Notes under the pieces: generated by a model
Told to the model about the DNA's origin: nothing
Seen by the model: the letters and a program-made list of their open reading frames with translations, nothing else
Databases searched by the model: none
In this document: positions 11,660 through 23,710 of the stretch, piece by piece
Layout: every line of letters begins with the position of its first letter
Numbering within the stretch: position 1 is the first letter of the stretch
Program-made: the position numbers and the translations under genes
Assembly: GCA_032718475.1 (NCBI GenBank)
Contig: JAUCBJ010006577.1
Span: 1-53,156, forward strand
DNA from: Nemertoderma westbladi
Lineage: Eukaryota; Animalia; Xenacoelomorpha
Reading direction: 5' to 3'
DNA length: 53,156 nt

Positions 11660-14600
11660 CGACAAATAACGTGTCCGATACCGACGAGATGGATCACCAC
11701 ACAGACTCGGAAGCCGACGAGGTACCAAACGTCAAGAACATGACCCGTCGGCTAGGGGCTCTCAAAGGCGGAGTAACCCGAGCGTATCAACGGATGGAGA
11801 AACAACTCAAGGGAGTCAAAACCCCCCTCAATGAGGTACAAACTCAGCTTCAAAGTATCCGAAATATCCTACAGCGGTACGAAAGAATGATACAGGCGTA
11901 CCAAGAGCTCGTTCCCTCCACCGATCAGGAAAACTACCCCAAGTTGGAAGAACACGTTGTACATCTAGATGGGTTCCGCAAACAACACCGGAGGACCCTC
12001 AGCCTTGTGAGAGGCTATGAAGAACAGTATTACAAGAGGGCTGAAAGAACAGACGCGGAATCAGTACGATCCTCCAGCATCAGGACAGCAGTACATCGAA
12101 AGAGAACGGGGTCCGCTAGAAATCAGCACTCCAGCGCTAGGAGCGAGATATCCGGCTCAGCGCGCAGTTCTCAAGGGGCGCCGCCACTCCGAGACCAACT
12201 GCGAGAACGGAAGGCATTAGCCCTCAAAGCTCGGATGGAAGATGAGTATATTCAACTGCAAGCCGAGCAAGATGTATTAGCCGCCGAAATACAAAAGCGA
12301 GAGGCCGAACAAGCGGCCGAACGGCAGGCCGAACAACGCGAACAGGAGGCCGAACAACATAGACGAGAGGCCGAACGGCAGGCCGAACAACGCGAACAGG
12401 AGGCCGAACAACATAGATGAGAGGACGAACGGCAGGCCGAACAACATAGACGAGAGGCCGAACAACATAGATGAGAGGACGAACGGCAGGCCGAACAACG
12501 TAAACGAGAGGACGAACGGCAGGCCGAACAACATAGACGAGAGGCCGAACAACATAGACGGGAGGACGAACGACATGCCGAACAACGCAAACAGGAGGCC
12601 GAACAACGCGGACGAGAGGCCGAACGAGAGATCGAACAACGTAAATGGGAAGCAGAAATGCATAAACAACACGCCGAGGCACAAGCAATTCTCATCCACA
12701 AAAAGAATGCGGATATTGCAAAACTCGCGGAATACGAAGCCGCACTTATAGAACGAGATATTCAACTCTACGAGGACTGGGAAAGGGATATAGATCAGGA
12801 ATATGAACCAATCCCGGTACCGGAGTTAGAAAAGTCATTTACACCAACAGCGGCGAAACTTCCGAAACCCGAGATCCCGCCTACCAAACAGTCTACGCTA
12901 TCGGCACAAGCCCCGGTGTTCCATCCCCCACCGGCTATGCTAAAGAATGAGGAACCTTATTTCCCATCCAACACCACGACAGCGAGTGTACCCAAGTACG
13001 AGCCTGAAAGGGACTCGGAACGGGACGCCACTCCCCGATCTAACAACCCATTTACATCCACACCACAAACTCGTAGCCGCGTCATTATTAAAACTCCACC
13101 TATTATTGATCCATCAAGTATGGGAGTGAGTGCCAATAACTATAACCCTCCGAGTCACTCTAGTTCAGACGACGTCAGCATCATCCGGGCGTTGGAGAAC
13201 CGCCTTGCCATGCCTAAGATGGAGATTCGCACCTTCGAAGGAGATCCCGTCGATTACCTCAGATTCAAGAAACGGTTCTTTGCGCAGATCGGATCAACGG
13301 ACATAGCCGACGCACAGAAATTGGTATATTTATCGCAATACCTGGGCGACAAACCACGCAGAATAATTGCATGTTTTGAAGGAGGTTCTCATGAGGCATA
13401 CTATGACGCATGGAAAACTCTAGATAAAAGATACGGAAATACCGTAACTATAATTAATAAAACTCTATAGAGACTGATACAGGACGCGGGATCACTAGGG
13501 GACCCACAGAACATCCAGGAATTCTCCGACTCTATGAAGGATGCCTACTATACTCTGAAGCCCTTAAATAAGGAGGACCAGGTGAACAATATTCTAAACC
13601 TCCGACAGATCGCCCGGAAGTTTCCCGGATGGTTACAAAGTAAGTGGGCTTATAAATGTGTAGATCTCCGGCGCAGACATCCAGATCGAGATCCTAGCTT
13701 CCTTGAAATGTCGGCATTCCTGGACGATATCTCCGAAGCCATGAATGACTCGATGTTTTCAAAACAGAGTCTCGCAAAGTTGGACGGAATAGAAAGCAAC
13801 TCCAGGAGTAAGATAACCCCTCCGAAACCGAGATTCCGCCCCCCACCGGTGAGTACGATGGCCATCACCATGGCCGAGGATTCCGACGACGAAGACTACG
13901 AGGAACCGACATCCGCCGAGGAATGGGCATGTTATCTCGCGAGTTGGGCACCCGAAAGGGAAGGCATCACAAATTCCCTGCTCTGTCTCTTCTGTGGGGA
14001 GAAACATAAAGTGGAATTCTGCAGAAAGTTTCAGTTCGCCGAACTCGTCCCACGCTTCAAGGCGATAATGAAACACCGAGGATGCTTCTGGTGTCTTGGA
14101 ACAGGTCACTATGTTCGGGAGTGCGACCAAAGATCATGCTGTGCTGTCTGTAACGACCAACGCCATCACACGCTCCTCCAAATCCCCGCGAACTTCGATT
14201 TTACTACCCTCCCCTTTCGGATCGAAGCCAGGCGAAGAGGAGAAACAAACCACGTCTTCAAAGGAACCCGGACAACCCAACGGAGAGAAACCAACCCGTT
14301 TAAAATCTCCACCGATACACCACAAGTAACAAATATTTCGGCCACGATTAATCTTATAAATCGCCGCTACATGGTCTTCGCAAAGGTAATCCCAGTAAGG
14401 ATCCAAGGAGTCGGCAAATCTTTGACGACACTCGCGTTCCTCGATAACGGGTCCGACGGAACCATCATCGACCGGGATTTCCTTGGGCAACTCGGCCTAG
14501 AATATGAACCTTGTAAACGGCCCATACAAACCATCACCGATAACAGAGAGGTAGAGTCCGGGGAGGTGCAACTCCAGATGGAAGGAGTGATGAAGGGCTA

Positions 14601-17600
14601 CGAAACGGCTAAGTTAACCATCAAGAACGCCTTGGTACACACAGACCTCCGGGTGCGGTTCCGACAATCAGCCGAGTACGCCCCCCTCATACAATTGGAC
14701 CGAGACGATGTAGACCTGAGGTGTCCGCAGTTGGACGTAAACCGCATCACCCTACTGATCGGACTTGATACACCGGAACTACACATCCCCACCGGAGATA
14801 TCGCCCGATCTATAAACCAGGATGACGGATTTTATGCTGAACGAACAATAATGGGATGGACACTCTGCGGCATTAAGGAGGAAACTACAGACACCTATAC
14901 CTACCTTCCCAAATGCCAGATTAAAGAGAATGCAACCTCCGTGGGTTATTGCTCAGCTTCGGATTTTGACGAGGATTTGTTTCTGGAAACCGAGAAAACC
15001 CAACGAGAGATGACGAAATATTTTAATTTGGAGACCCAGGAGTTCGCGGAAAAGGACGAAAACCCATCCGAAGAGGACCAATATTGTATGGACGTTCTCG
15101 ACCAGGCCACGTTTAAAGACGGACACTGGTGTTCACCTATGTTATGGAAGGACCCAAACAAACCAATGGCAAACAACGCCAGCATGGCACTTAGGCGACT
15201 TAAAGGGATTCTACGCCGGCTGAATGACCAACCCGAGATAAAGGAGAAATATAATACCGTAATCCAAGGATATCTCGATGATGGATTAGCAGAAATGGTA
15301 CCACGGAATGAACTGCAAGGTGGTAAAAGAACATATTATCTCCCAACCCACTATGTAGTAGAAGCCCGCAAAGGTGGGAAAATCCGAGTGGTAAATGATG
15401 CTGCCGCTATGTACCAGGGCGAATCCCTAAACAGTCAACTTTACACGGGACCCAACATATATAGCACACTCATTGGCGTATTGATCAGGTTCAGGGAAAA
15501 CCGGGTAGCATTCACCTGTGACATCAAGGCCATGTTTCATCAAGTTCGTACGTTACCAAGAGACTCGGACTGTCTACGTATCCTATGGACGGATAAAACG
15601 CTTACTCAACAGGAGATTAGCCAACTCACGATAAAGGACGTAGACGTAATGCGTATGGTTGTCAGGATCTTCGGCGCTAAGGACTCGCCGGTAGCATGCA
15701 GTGACATGCTAAAGAGGACGGCAACTATGTGCGAAAACGAGTTCCCTCCAACCGTCATAGAAACCATTCGACGATGCTTCTACGTGGACGACGGATGCGC
15801 CGGCGCAGATAATGTGGATGAGGCATATCGGCTAGCAATGGGGATGGTAGAATGTCTAAAGAAAGGAGGGTTTCCGCTCGTGAAGTTCAGATCCCACGAC
15901 AAAACACTTATGGAAAGGTTTCCGGAGGACATCCGGCTGGAAAATAACAAAATGTATTCAGAGGATGTGGAACATCATGTACTCGGGATTGAATGGGACA
16001 TAGAATCAGACGAATTCATCTTCAAATATAAACCCCTACCCAAGCCTATGACAAAAAGGGGATGTTTGTCGATAAAAAGCGCCATCTTCGACCCACTAAA
16101 TTTCATATCTCCAGTAACCTTGGCCGGAATGAACCTGATTAAGGAAATGTGGATAGAAGGACTGGGATGGGACGAAGAGCTCCCCCCATACCTCAGCGTC
16201 AAATGGAGAAAATGGACGGAGCAGCTCGAACACCTACATCTTATGCGGATACCTAGACCGTTCTTCCTCGATAAATTGCACACCGATATCTTCCAGCTCC
16301 ACACCTTTTCGGATGCTTCGAATACCGGAATCGGCGTAGTCACCTTCTTACGGAGACTAAGTAACGATGGAAACGGCGATACAAGCTTCTTATTCTCCAA
16401 AGCAAAGACAGTATCCGGGGAATTCGTAGCAACGATTCCGAGACTCGAGCTACAAGCTGCAGTTTGGGCAGTAAGACAGAATCGCATGGTCATGCGGAAC
16501 CTACGGATCCCCATAGAATCTCAACACTTCTGGGTAGATTCGAGTATAGTTCTCTATTATCTCCACTCTCCATCACGGCGTCACACCACGTTTGTTGCAA
16601 ACCGAGCCACGGAGATTAAACAGTGTACCGGCCGAGAACAGTGGCATCACGTGAATGGGAAGGAAAACCCAGCGGACTTATCAAGCCGAGGCGCCACCCC
16701 AAAACAACTCGGTAAAAGTAAACTCTGGCTTACAGGCCCGGAATTCCTACAGCAGCCACAATTAACATGGAGTACCCGATTCGACCCCGAGCTCGATAGT
16801 GGAAAATACTCCGAGGACGATAAAGAGATCCGTAAAATCCATCGAAGCAACGCGGTGGAAATTTATAGTTGTCTGACTGAGCCTGCAAAGGACTCGGGCA
16901 GGCACTATAACGTCGCGACGATCACTCAACTAGCGGCGTCTTTACATCGGTTGATCGAGCGAACTTCATCCATGAGACGGCTCGTCCACCACGTTATAAC
17001 CCTTCGCAACTTCCTACGGTGGAAAAACAACAAACCGATAGTTCAACGGAATATACAAGAACTTATTATCGCGGAGAAGTGTATTGTTAGATATGTCCAG
17101 AAAGAAAGTTTCCCCGATGAATGGGAACAACTTAGTGCGGGCAAAACGTTGAAACCGGACAGCCCAGTCTACCAACTGAGACCAATGATGGGAGAGGACG
17201 GACTGATCCGACTGAATACCCGGATGGCAAACGCCCCGGCCGAATATGAGGTTAAATACCCGGCGCTTCTGCCCGGAACGTCGACACTAGCTAAGCTATT
17301 AATTCTACAATGTCACGAGGACAACCATCACGTAGGACAGAATTGGATTATAGCTAATATAAGACAAAGATATTGGATCACCCACATCCAGCCACTGATC
17401 CGGAAAGTGTTGAAACGTTGCTTCACCTGCAGACGTTACCTAGCGCCACCAATCACCCAAAAGATGGCCGACTTACCAGCCACCCGTCTACAAGCGGATT
17501 CCCCACCATTCTACGTCACCGGAGTGGACTGTTTCGGACCGTTCACGGTTATTGAACGACGATCCAACATCAAATGCTGGGGAGCCATCTTCACCTGCCT

Positions 17601-18486
17601 AAGGTCTAGGGCAATTTACCTAGATATCGTGGTAAATCTGACACAACACGCATTCATCAACGCTCTGCGTCGGTTCGTGGCGAACAACGGGACATGCCGC
17701 CACATGTATTCCGATAATGGTACAAACTTTGTGGGAGGAGAGAGAGAACTTAGAGAGGCGATCGAGGGATGGTTTACCAATAACACCGCATCCCAAGTCT
17801 GGAAGGAACACCAGATACAGTGGCACTTCCAGACCCCCTTAGCACCCCATACGAGCGGGGTATGGGAGAAACTGATCGACCTAGTGAAACGATCCATGCG
17901 CGTCGCTCTAGGCGATACCCGGGTAACCCATGACACCCTCCGCACAACATTCTGCGAGATCACGGCTACCCTGAACAACCGACCCATTGTTCCTATCCGC
18001 GACGACCCCACAGACCTGGAGCCCCTCACTCCTAACCACTTACTGGGGAGACCCAAAACCCACATCCTCCCGGAAACCATGTTCCCGGATCCCAACGAGA
18101 TCGCGAAACATACAAATTGGAAAAAGGCCCAAGCGTTGGCAGCGCATTGGTGGAGAATTTGGGCCCAGGAGTACCTCATAACCCTCCAGACCAGGAGGAA
18201 ATGGAACAACACCTACCGGAACGTCGCAGTTGGCGACATGGTACTAGTTAAAGAAGATCTCAAAGACCGCGTTCACTGGCCTGTGGCGCGGGTCGTGACC
18301 ATACACCCAAGCAAAGACGGACTTGCGAGGACTGTGACGATACGAACGAAATCGGGCCACTACCAACGCCCTATCCAGAGGCTGTGCCTTCTTGAAGGTA
18401 ATGATAGCGGTGACTCTACGAGAGGTGATAAGTTCCCTACTCAAGATCCTGCTGCGGACATTGGTGACAATTACAAATGCGTGTAA
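11656..18486 (+). pseudogene. gag-pol: Element 2 BEL/Pao gag-pol: a single reading frame with three in-frame stops (TGA 12418, TGA 12472, TAG 13468)
   Basis: ORFs at 11656, 12658 and 13534 share one frame. DUF1759-like FEGDPVDYLRF; three Cys/His knuckles; protease FLDNGSDGT; RT YVDD; RNase H FSDAS, IPRLELQA, QWHHVNGKENPADLSSRG; integrase HHCC plus GVDCFGP/SDNGTNF/VWEKL. Confidence 0.95.
12298..12630 (+). repeat. In-frame coding minisatellite (EAEQHRR / EAERQAEQ units)
   Basis: Variants of GAGGCCGAACAACATAGACGA and GAACGGCAGGCCGAACAA. Confidence 0.9.
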
Positions 18487-18765
18487 ACCCTTCTCATCAT
18501 GTTGACAAACTCTTTTAAACTGTGATTTACTGACAATGAGTTATGGACCCCCCTTAAACCAACTGTAACCACGCAATGGTATTTGTGTTTCCTCGTGTGT
18601 TATGTGGAGTCCAGCATCACCCTGCAGATGTTTCGACTGACGCAGGGTCGTTTATGTTTAGTTTACCCTGATTTTGGTCATCGGGACCAATGATATTGGA
18701 TTATTGGAAATGGAAAAGATTTGAAGTGGAATTCATTGTATTCATTGCAGTATGTTATGTTGTCC

Positions 18766-19176
18766 GTTGCGTGCGCAGTTCGGGGTGTAGGCGGTGTAAC
18801 GAGTCCAGCTGTAGATCCTGGATTGCCGCGCAACACCCCCTCTATCCCGTTATTCTGGTGGGTCCATGGTGCATCCACGTGACTTCGACGATAGAGGGTT
18901 TTATGTTTCTCAGTCGCGTTATTCTGGTGGGACCGTTACGTGGATTTTGGGGCGTAGGCGGTGTAACGAGTCCAGCTGTAGATCCCAGAATGTTGCGTAA
19001 CCCCATCCCACATGACTTCGTCGACTGAGCTTTATGTTGTTGGGAGTGTTATTCTGGTGGGTCCCTGGTGCATCCACGTGACTTCACTCCCAGCGTCTTC
19101 ATTGTCCGTTACGTGCGCAGTTTGGGGCGTAGGCGGTGTAACGAGTCCAGCTGTAGATCCCAGATTGCCGCGTAAC
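18766..19176 (+). ncRNA. Two interleaved structured RNA modules, three copies each, in the 3' UTR of element 2
   Basis: Invariant GTAGGCGGTGTAACGAGTCCAGCTGTAGATCC core x3. The GTTATTCTGGTGGG...CCAC.TGACTTC module x3 has unrelated but perfectly pairing closing stems. Confidence 0.65.
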
Positions 19177-19725
19177 ACCCCTTCCACGACAAAGATTAAC
19201 CAAAGAAAATGATTCAATATAGTTGGAAACGATGAAAAGGATCAGACAACTCTACTATAAACCTGAATGATGACGCGTATGCTGATGAAAATGTAATGAT
19301 GCGCACCCTGGTGCTGCGCTTATATCAATGATGATAGCCGGGGGGCTATAAACCCAATGATGATGTGGAAATAAATAAATAAATGTGAAATAAATGGTGG
19401 AACTAAATGTTGAAATATATGTGGAAATAAATGAAATGAGATGAAATAATAATGAAATGAAAAAAGACAAAAAAAAAGGTATAAAAAAGTCTAAAGAAAA
19501 GAATTAGAAAAAAGAAAAGGACAAAAAAGTCATAAAAAACTGGTTGGATATTAATGTATAGCTATAGTAACTGTAAATGCTGAATGTATTAGCAATAAGA
19601 TGATAGATGCCTATATAGCAATGTTATTAATAAACTGAATTAAATAAAAAACTGAATTATTCTGCTATCGCTATAGTTTCAGACTTTCTGGACTTATAAT
19701 TAACTGATCTAATTTGTAACGGATA

Positions 19726-20983
19726 TGTTCGCACTTTCAGACCTTTGGCAGTTTAACCCGCCAAATTAGGATGTCTTCTAGATAATAAATCGCTTTAGCC
19801 TCTAACAAATATTTGATTCACTACACTAGTTGAAACCAATCTGTGCGCGATCATTCACCCGTTGGATATACCCGGGAGATTGATTTCGACAGCTTAATCG
19901 TATTGCTATGTAAGCCTAATGTATTATTCGACTGACAGTATTATATAATCTCTGACAATATTATTCACCTTCGGGAAATATTAACAGTTCCTTTAGGACG
20001 TGGCGCTCTATCTATATAAACAGAGTTATGACTTAAACTACTCACAACGATATGGCTTAGTTACAATTCACATATATGGCGCATTCTTTAGGAAATGCTT
20101 CGTTATCAGTCTCACTCATACACAATGCTGCACAATACTGCACACTGATCTGCCGATCTTCACTGATTTTAGTCACATATAAAAGGAACACGGACCGAAT
20201 CATGTAGGGTCTATCAGATAACATTAGATTCACTTCAAACCACTCAACATAGGTCGCAATCATTTATCTGTAACCTTTCTCTCTTACCTTCGGTATATCA
20301 AGAATATTGGGTTTTCGGGGTTATTTGTCGTTATTCCAAATATAATAATTCATCAACCATATTATGAAGAACTGACAGTAAATAGCAGTATAACAATATA
20401 AAAGTATGCACAGTGTTACACAGTATGCAGTGTATGCAGTACTGCAGTATGCAGTATGCAGTATGCAGATAACGGATATATGTCCTTATAATTAAGCCTA
20501 CTAGTGTAGGGCTAAAGCAGAAAAGCACAAAATACTCCAAAGCCGTTCTTCCTGGCTTAGAATCACCAACAATACTGTATAGAATAACTATAAGAATACC
20601 AGCTACCCTTATTCCACGAAGCTCCCGTCCAACACAGAGAAAGAGCAGTGAGATAGGAAAATTCAGTTCAGTAGCTCTGTGATAGGTCAAAATCAAAGCC
20701 AACTCAAATCCTATTGGCAGATACAGAAAGCAGGGCTATGGGGCAACGTGGCAATATCAGCCGTTAGCCGTCGTCATGGTAGCGACACTGTTTTCAAGAG
20801 TATCGAGCTTTTTACGTCACGAAATTACAGATTATGTCCTCTAAAGTACAAATACAGAAGAAATGGCTTTTATGTCCTCCAAAACACCAGTACAGCAAGG
20901 ACACGGCCTTTTTATGCCTGGTAAACCAACCACAGAGTACTTTACGGGGATAATAACCGGCTAATTACGCAAAAGCTTTTACA
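19726..20983 (-). repeat. 3' LTR of element 3
   Basis: Minus strand reads TGTAAAAGCTTTTGCG...GTGCGAACA. Aligns to 31522-32710 except for a central block. Confidence 0.88.
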
Positions 20984-20991
20984 CCGCTCCC
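20984..20991 (-). promoter_or_regulatory. Polypurine tract (PPT)
   Basis: GGGAGCGG immediately precedes the TGT of the 3' LTR on the minus strand. Confidence 0.65.
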
Positions 20992-21621
20992 AGAAAATGG
21001 GATTTAAGTCTATAAAATATAACAAATCACAGTATCTAATATATAAAGATACTCTAAACAGTTAGTCTTTCTTGCGCGGACGGCGTTTACGCAGTTTTTT
21101 AAAGTTAGCCAGAGTCTTTTTCTCTTTGGGGGGAGCCACTTTACTAGGAGGGCCATAACTCCTGGGTGAAGGGTGCAATATGATTGCATTAGAAGGTTTG
21201 GGTTTACGGTCGGTGTCTCGTCCATTTCGATATGCTTCTCCTCGAGCTGATTTTCCTCCGCTTATCATGGGATACGTTCGTCCAAAACTCTCGCAGAGAA
21301 TAGGGTTTTCTAAGCTTGATATCTTCTTAGAGATTCGAGATTTCCCAATCGAACTGAGATAAGGCCAATTCGTTTATCGATTGGACTTACTGTTATAACT
21401 TACGTTTATCTGAACAAACGCAGGTTTCTTTTTTGATCTTTATAGAATAGCGTTTAACTCGTTTCGTACAACGCTCTCCTTCACCTTGATGAGGGGTTGT
21501 ATCGCGTTAAACGGGGACGACCATACGGTTGGATAGTGATATTAGGTGTCCGCGTCACAATCCGGCTAGGTAAGATGGGCGGCTAGCTAGAAATCACTGT
21601 CGGAGTGTTACCGATTAATTG

Positions 21622-22581
21622 TTAGGGTAGCACTAGATCTTTGAACAGTGAATACAGCTCGGGAGGATCCGTCATACTAATAGGATCAAGAGTCTGAGGT
21701 CTCACTAGGGAATGAGGAGCTCTGATCGAGTATTCCGAAACTCTGATCATTGGTTTATTTAAGGATCGTCTGAGTCGAACGAGCGTAGGTGATACATTGA
21801 ACAAGTTTCGCTCGAAACTCCTGTAAGTATAGCGAGTAAAACCGTGTTTAAAGCAACGTCTCCGCGGATGTTTATGTCTTTCCGTTTGTTGGTTGGGTCT
21901 TGGGTATTCATCGCAATAATACCCAAAAACGTACGTCTTGTAGGGGAAACGCGGGTGATCGTTCTCCAGCTTACAATATTCCTCCATCCGTTCGAAGCTA
22001 TTCGGTACAACAGGTAGCGGTCGATCGGCGGTAAGATACATCATAGGGGAATCGAGCCGTTTGAGTTCTACCATGCAGTCATGATGTATACCTTGAGGAT
22101 ATCGAGTTTCTAGATTTTGTTGACTGGCAATATTGAGATATGTTTCTATCAGGAATTCCAGATAATCGTTGAAGTCGCTGCGTTTATTCGGCTCCTCAAC
22201 GTCTTCTCTTTCGATTCGGTTTCGCATAGAATTCTCATGTTCGATTCTCGGTTTATTGTTCCGCCTCCGCTGGGTATGATATTTAAATAGAACCATTTCT
22301 CTTTTGGTGTCTATATCGTCTATATCGTGTAAATCGATAGGATGACCAGTAGTTAAGAAGGCCATATACGTACCATTACGCTGCGTATATCGAGCAGCGA
22401 ATTTTCTATAGTCCAACTCACGCGTGAGCCGCTCTTGGGACATTGGCGGTTCGATATAACGACCATCGTCCTCCGCAGCAGTTGGACTAACGTCGCCGCG
22501 TATTAAGCTATCAACAAACGCTTGTAAAAGTAGAGTATATCGCTCCCCGATACCAAGACCATCTTCTATCAACTCCGTCAT
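21622..22581 (-). CDS. Orphan ~319-aa ORF between gag-pro and the 3' LTR of element 3
   Basis: Long intact ORF from MTELIEDG (ATG 22581) inside an AT-rich region. No signal peptide, TM segment or recognised domain. Confidence 0.65.
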   Translation of the reverse strand: MTELIEDGLGIGERYTLLLQAFVDSLIRGDVSPTAAEDDGRYIEPPMSQERLTRELDYRKFAARYTQRNGTYMAFLTTGHPIDLHDIDDIDTKREMVLFKYHTQRRRNNKPRIEHENSMRNRIEREDVEEPNKRSDFNDYLEFLIETYLNIASQQNLETRYPQGIHHDCMVELKRLDSPMMYLTADRPLPVVPNSFERMEEYCKLENDHPRFPYKTYVFGYYCDEYPRPNQQTERHKHPRRRCFKHGFTRYTYRSFERNLFNVSPTLVRLRRSLNKPMIRVSEYSIRAPHSLVRPQTLDPISMTDPPELYSLFKDLVLP

Positions 22582-23407
22582 ATCTGCTATATATGAGTTT
22601 ATCCATATTATAATGAGTCCACATTTAGGCGAGCGGGCGTCGCTGCCTACCCCAATCAACCCCCGGACAGTACGAGATCCTCAGCGCCGATGTGTCGTCG
22701 CCGCTGTACTTTCGCCAACGACGTAGCCGCACAACGACAACGACAACCGGCACAAGTCACTCAACTGTCCGTCCCAAAGGCTTAGATGTACTTCAGGTTT
22801 TCCTTGGAGAGTTAGGTTACTTTTACGATTGCGACTAGCTACTGTAAACACACTTTAGCAGTAACATTCACCTATAAACTCACAAATACCACACAACTGG
22901 TCACAACTACACACATTCGGGCCATTTGTCCGTTAGTCAATGCCTTCCAGAATGTCACTGTATTATTATGTATCCCTGGATACTAGTAGTGCGCTATTTA
23001 TTCCCTATGCTATTCAATGGGACAAGCTTTCTATTGTTCTTTTAACTCAATTCTAATTCTAGCGTGGTTGTTGCTATGGTGACATTATGCAAAGCTAGCG
23101 GTAGAATTAGGGTAATTCCAATGCATACAGATCTGGGATGTTATTTAATAGTATTCTTTAATAGTCAATGTCCTGTTTTATACATGACTTTATGAATTTT
23201 ATCGGCTATTGACTATGTTTGGGAGACTTCGCACACTCATACTCATAATAAGATAAATCTCCGCTCCCTTGATCTATTAATTAATGGAATTTTGGGAATG
23301 TTATAAATTGCGTAAAAATGGCAATTTATTAAATTCATTAAAAGGCATGAATTTAAATTTATTCCCTGAAATTTTATTATTTGATAATTAAATTGACATA
23401 TTTTGAT

Positions 23408-23710
23408 TCTAGAACATGTCTGGGGACACAAGATCCTTAATTCTATGACAATTGTCTTTTTAAGAATATCGGTAAATGCTACGATATCTTAATTGACTAG
23501 AATTGTTGAAGGATCTGAATTTTACAGATTTTGATTTATTAGATTTGCAAATATTAAATAATTAATATTTGAGATGGGCACCAATTTATTCCAGAACTTG
23601 TCTGGGGACGTTAACCACTGATTCTAAAATTTGTCTTTCAAGTATATCGGTGGGTGCCGCGATATCTTAATCGACTAGAATTACAGATGGTCAAAAGGTT
23701 TAACAGATTT
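23408..23710. repeat. Diverged tandem duplication (~180-bp period)
   Basis: TTC.AGAAC.TGTCTGGGGAC...GATATCTTAAT.GACTAGAATT at ~23408 and ~23589. Confidence 0.65.

Larger units (their letters stand above)
9950..19200 (+). mobile_element. BEL/Pao element 2 internal region (leader, small ORFs, gag-pol, structured 3' UTR); LTRs not found
   Basis: gag-pol as above. The leader is assigned to this element by plus-strand structure and a 24-nt motif shared with gag (10506-10529 = 12997-13020). Boundaries are approximate. Confidence 0.75.

Noticed and set aside
18860-18890. HDV-like ribozyme suggested by the TCCACGT L3-like motif
   Set aside because: The flanking P3/P1/P2 pairings cannot be built; the motif pairs in a simple stem and varies in the second copy.
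18690-19217. env-like or accessory ORFs after element 2 pol
   Set aside because: Short, and mostly translations of the RNA repeat modules.
21010-21530. Second accessory ORF before the 3' LTR of element 3
   Set aside because: Only short, stop-interrupted frames; no frame can be supported without other copies.
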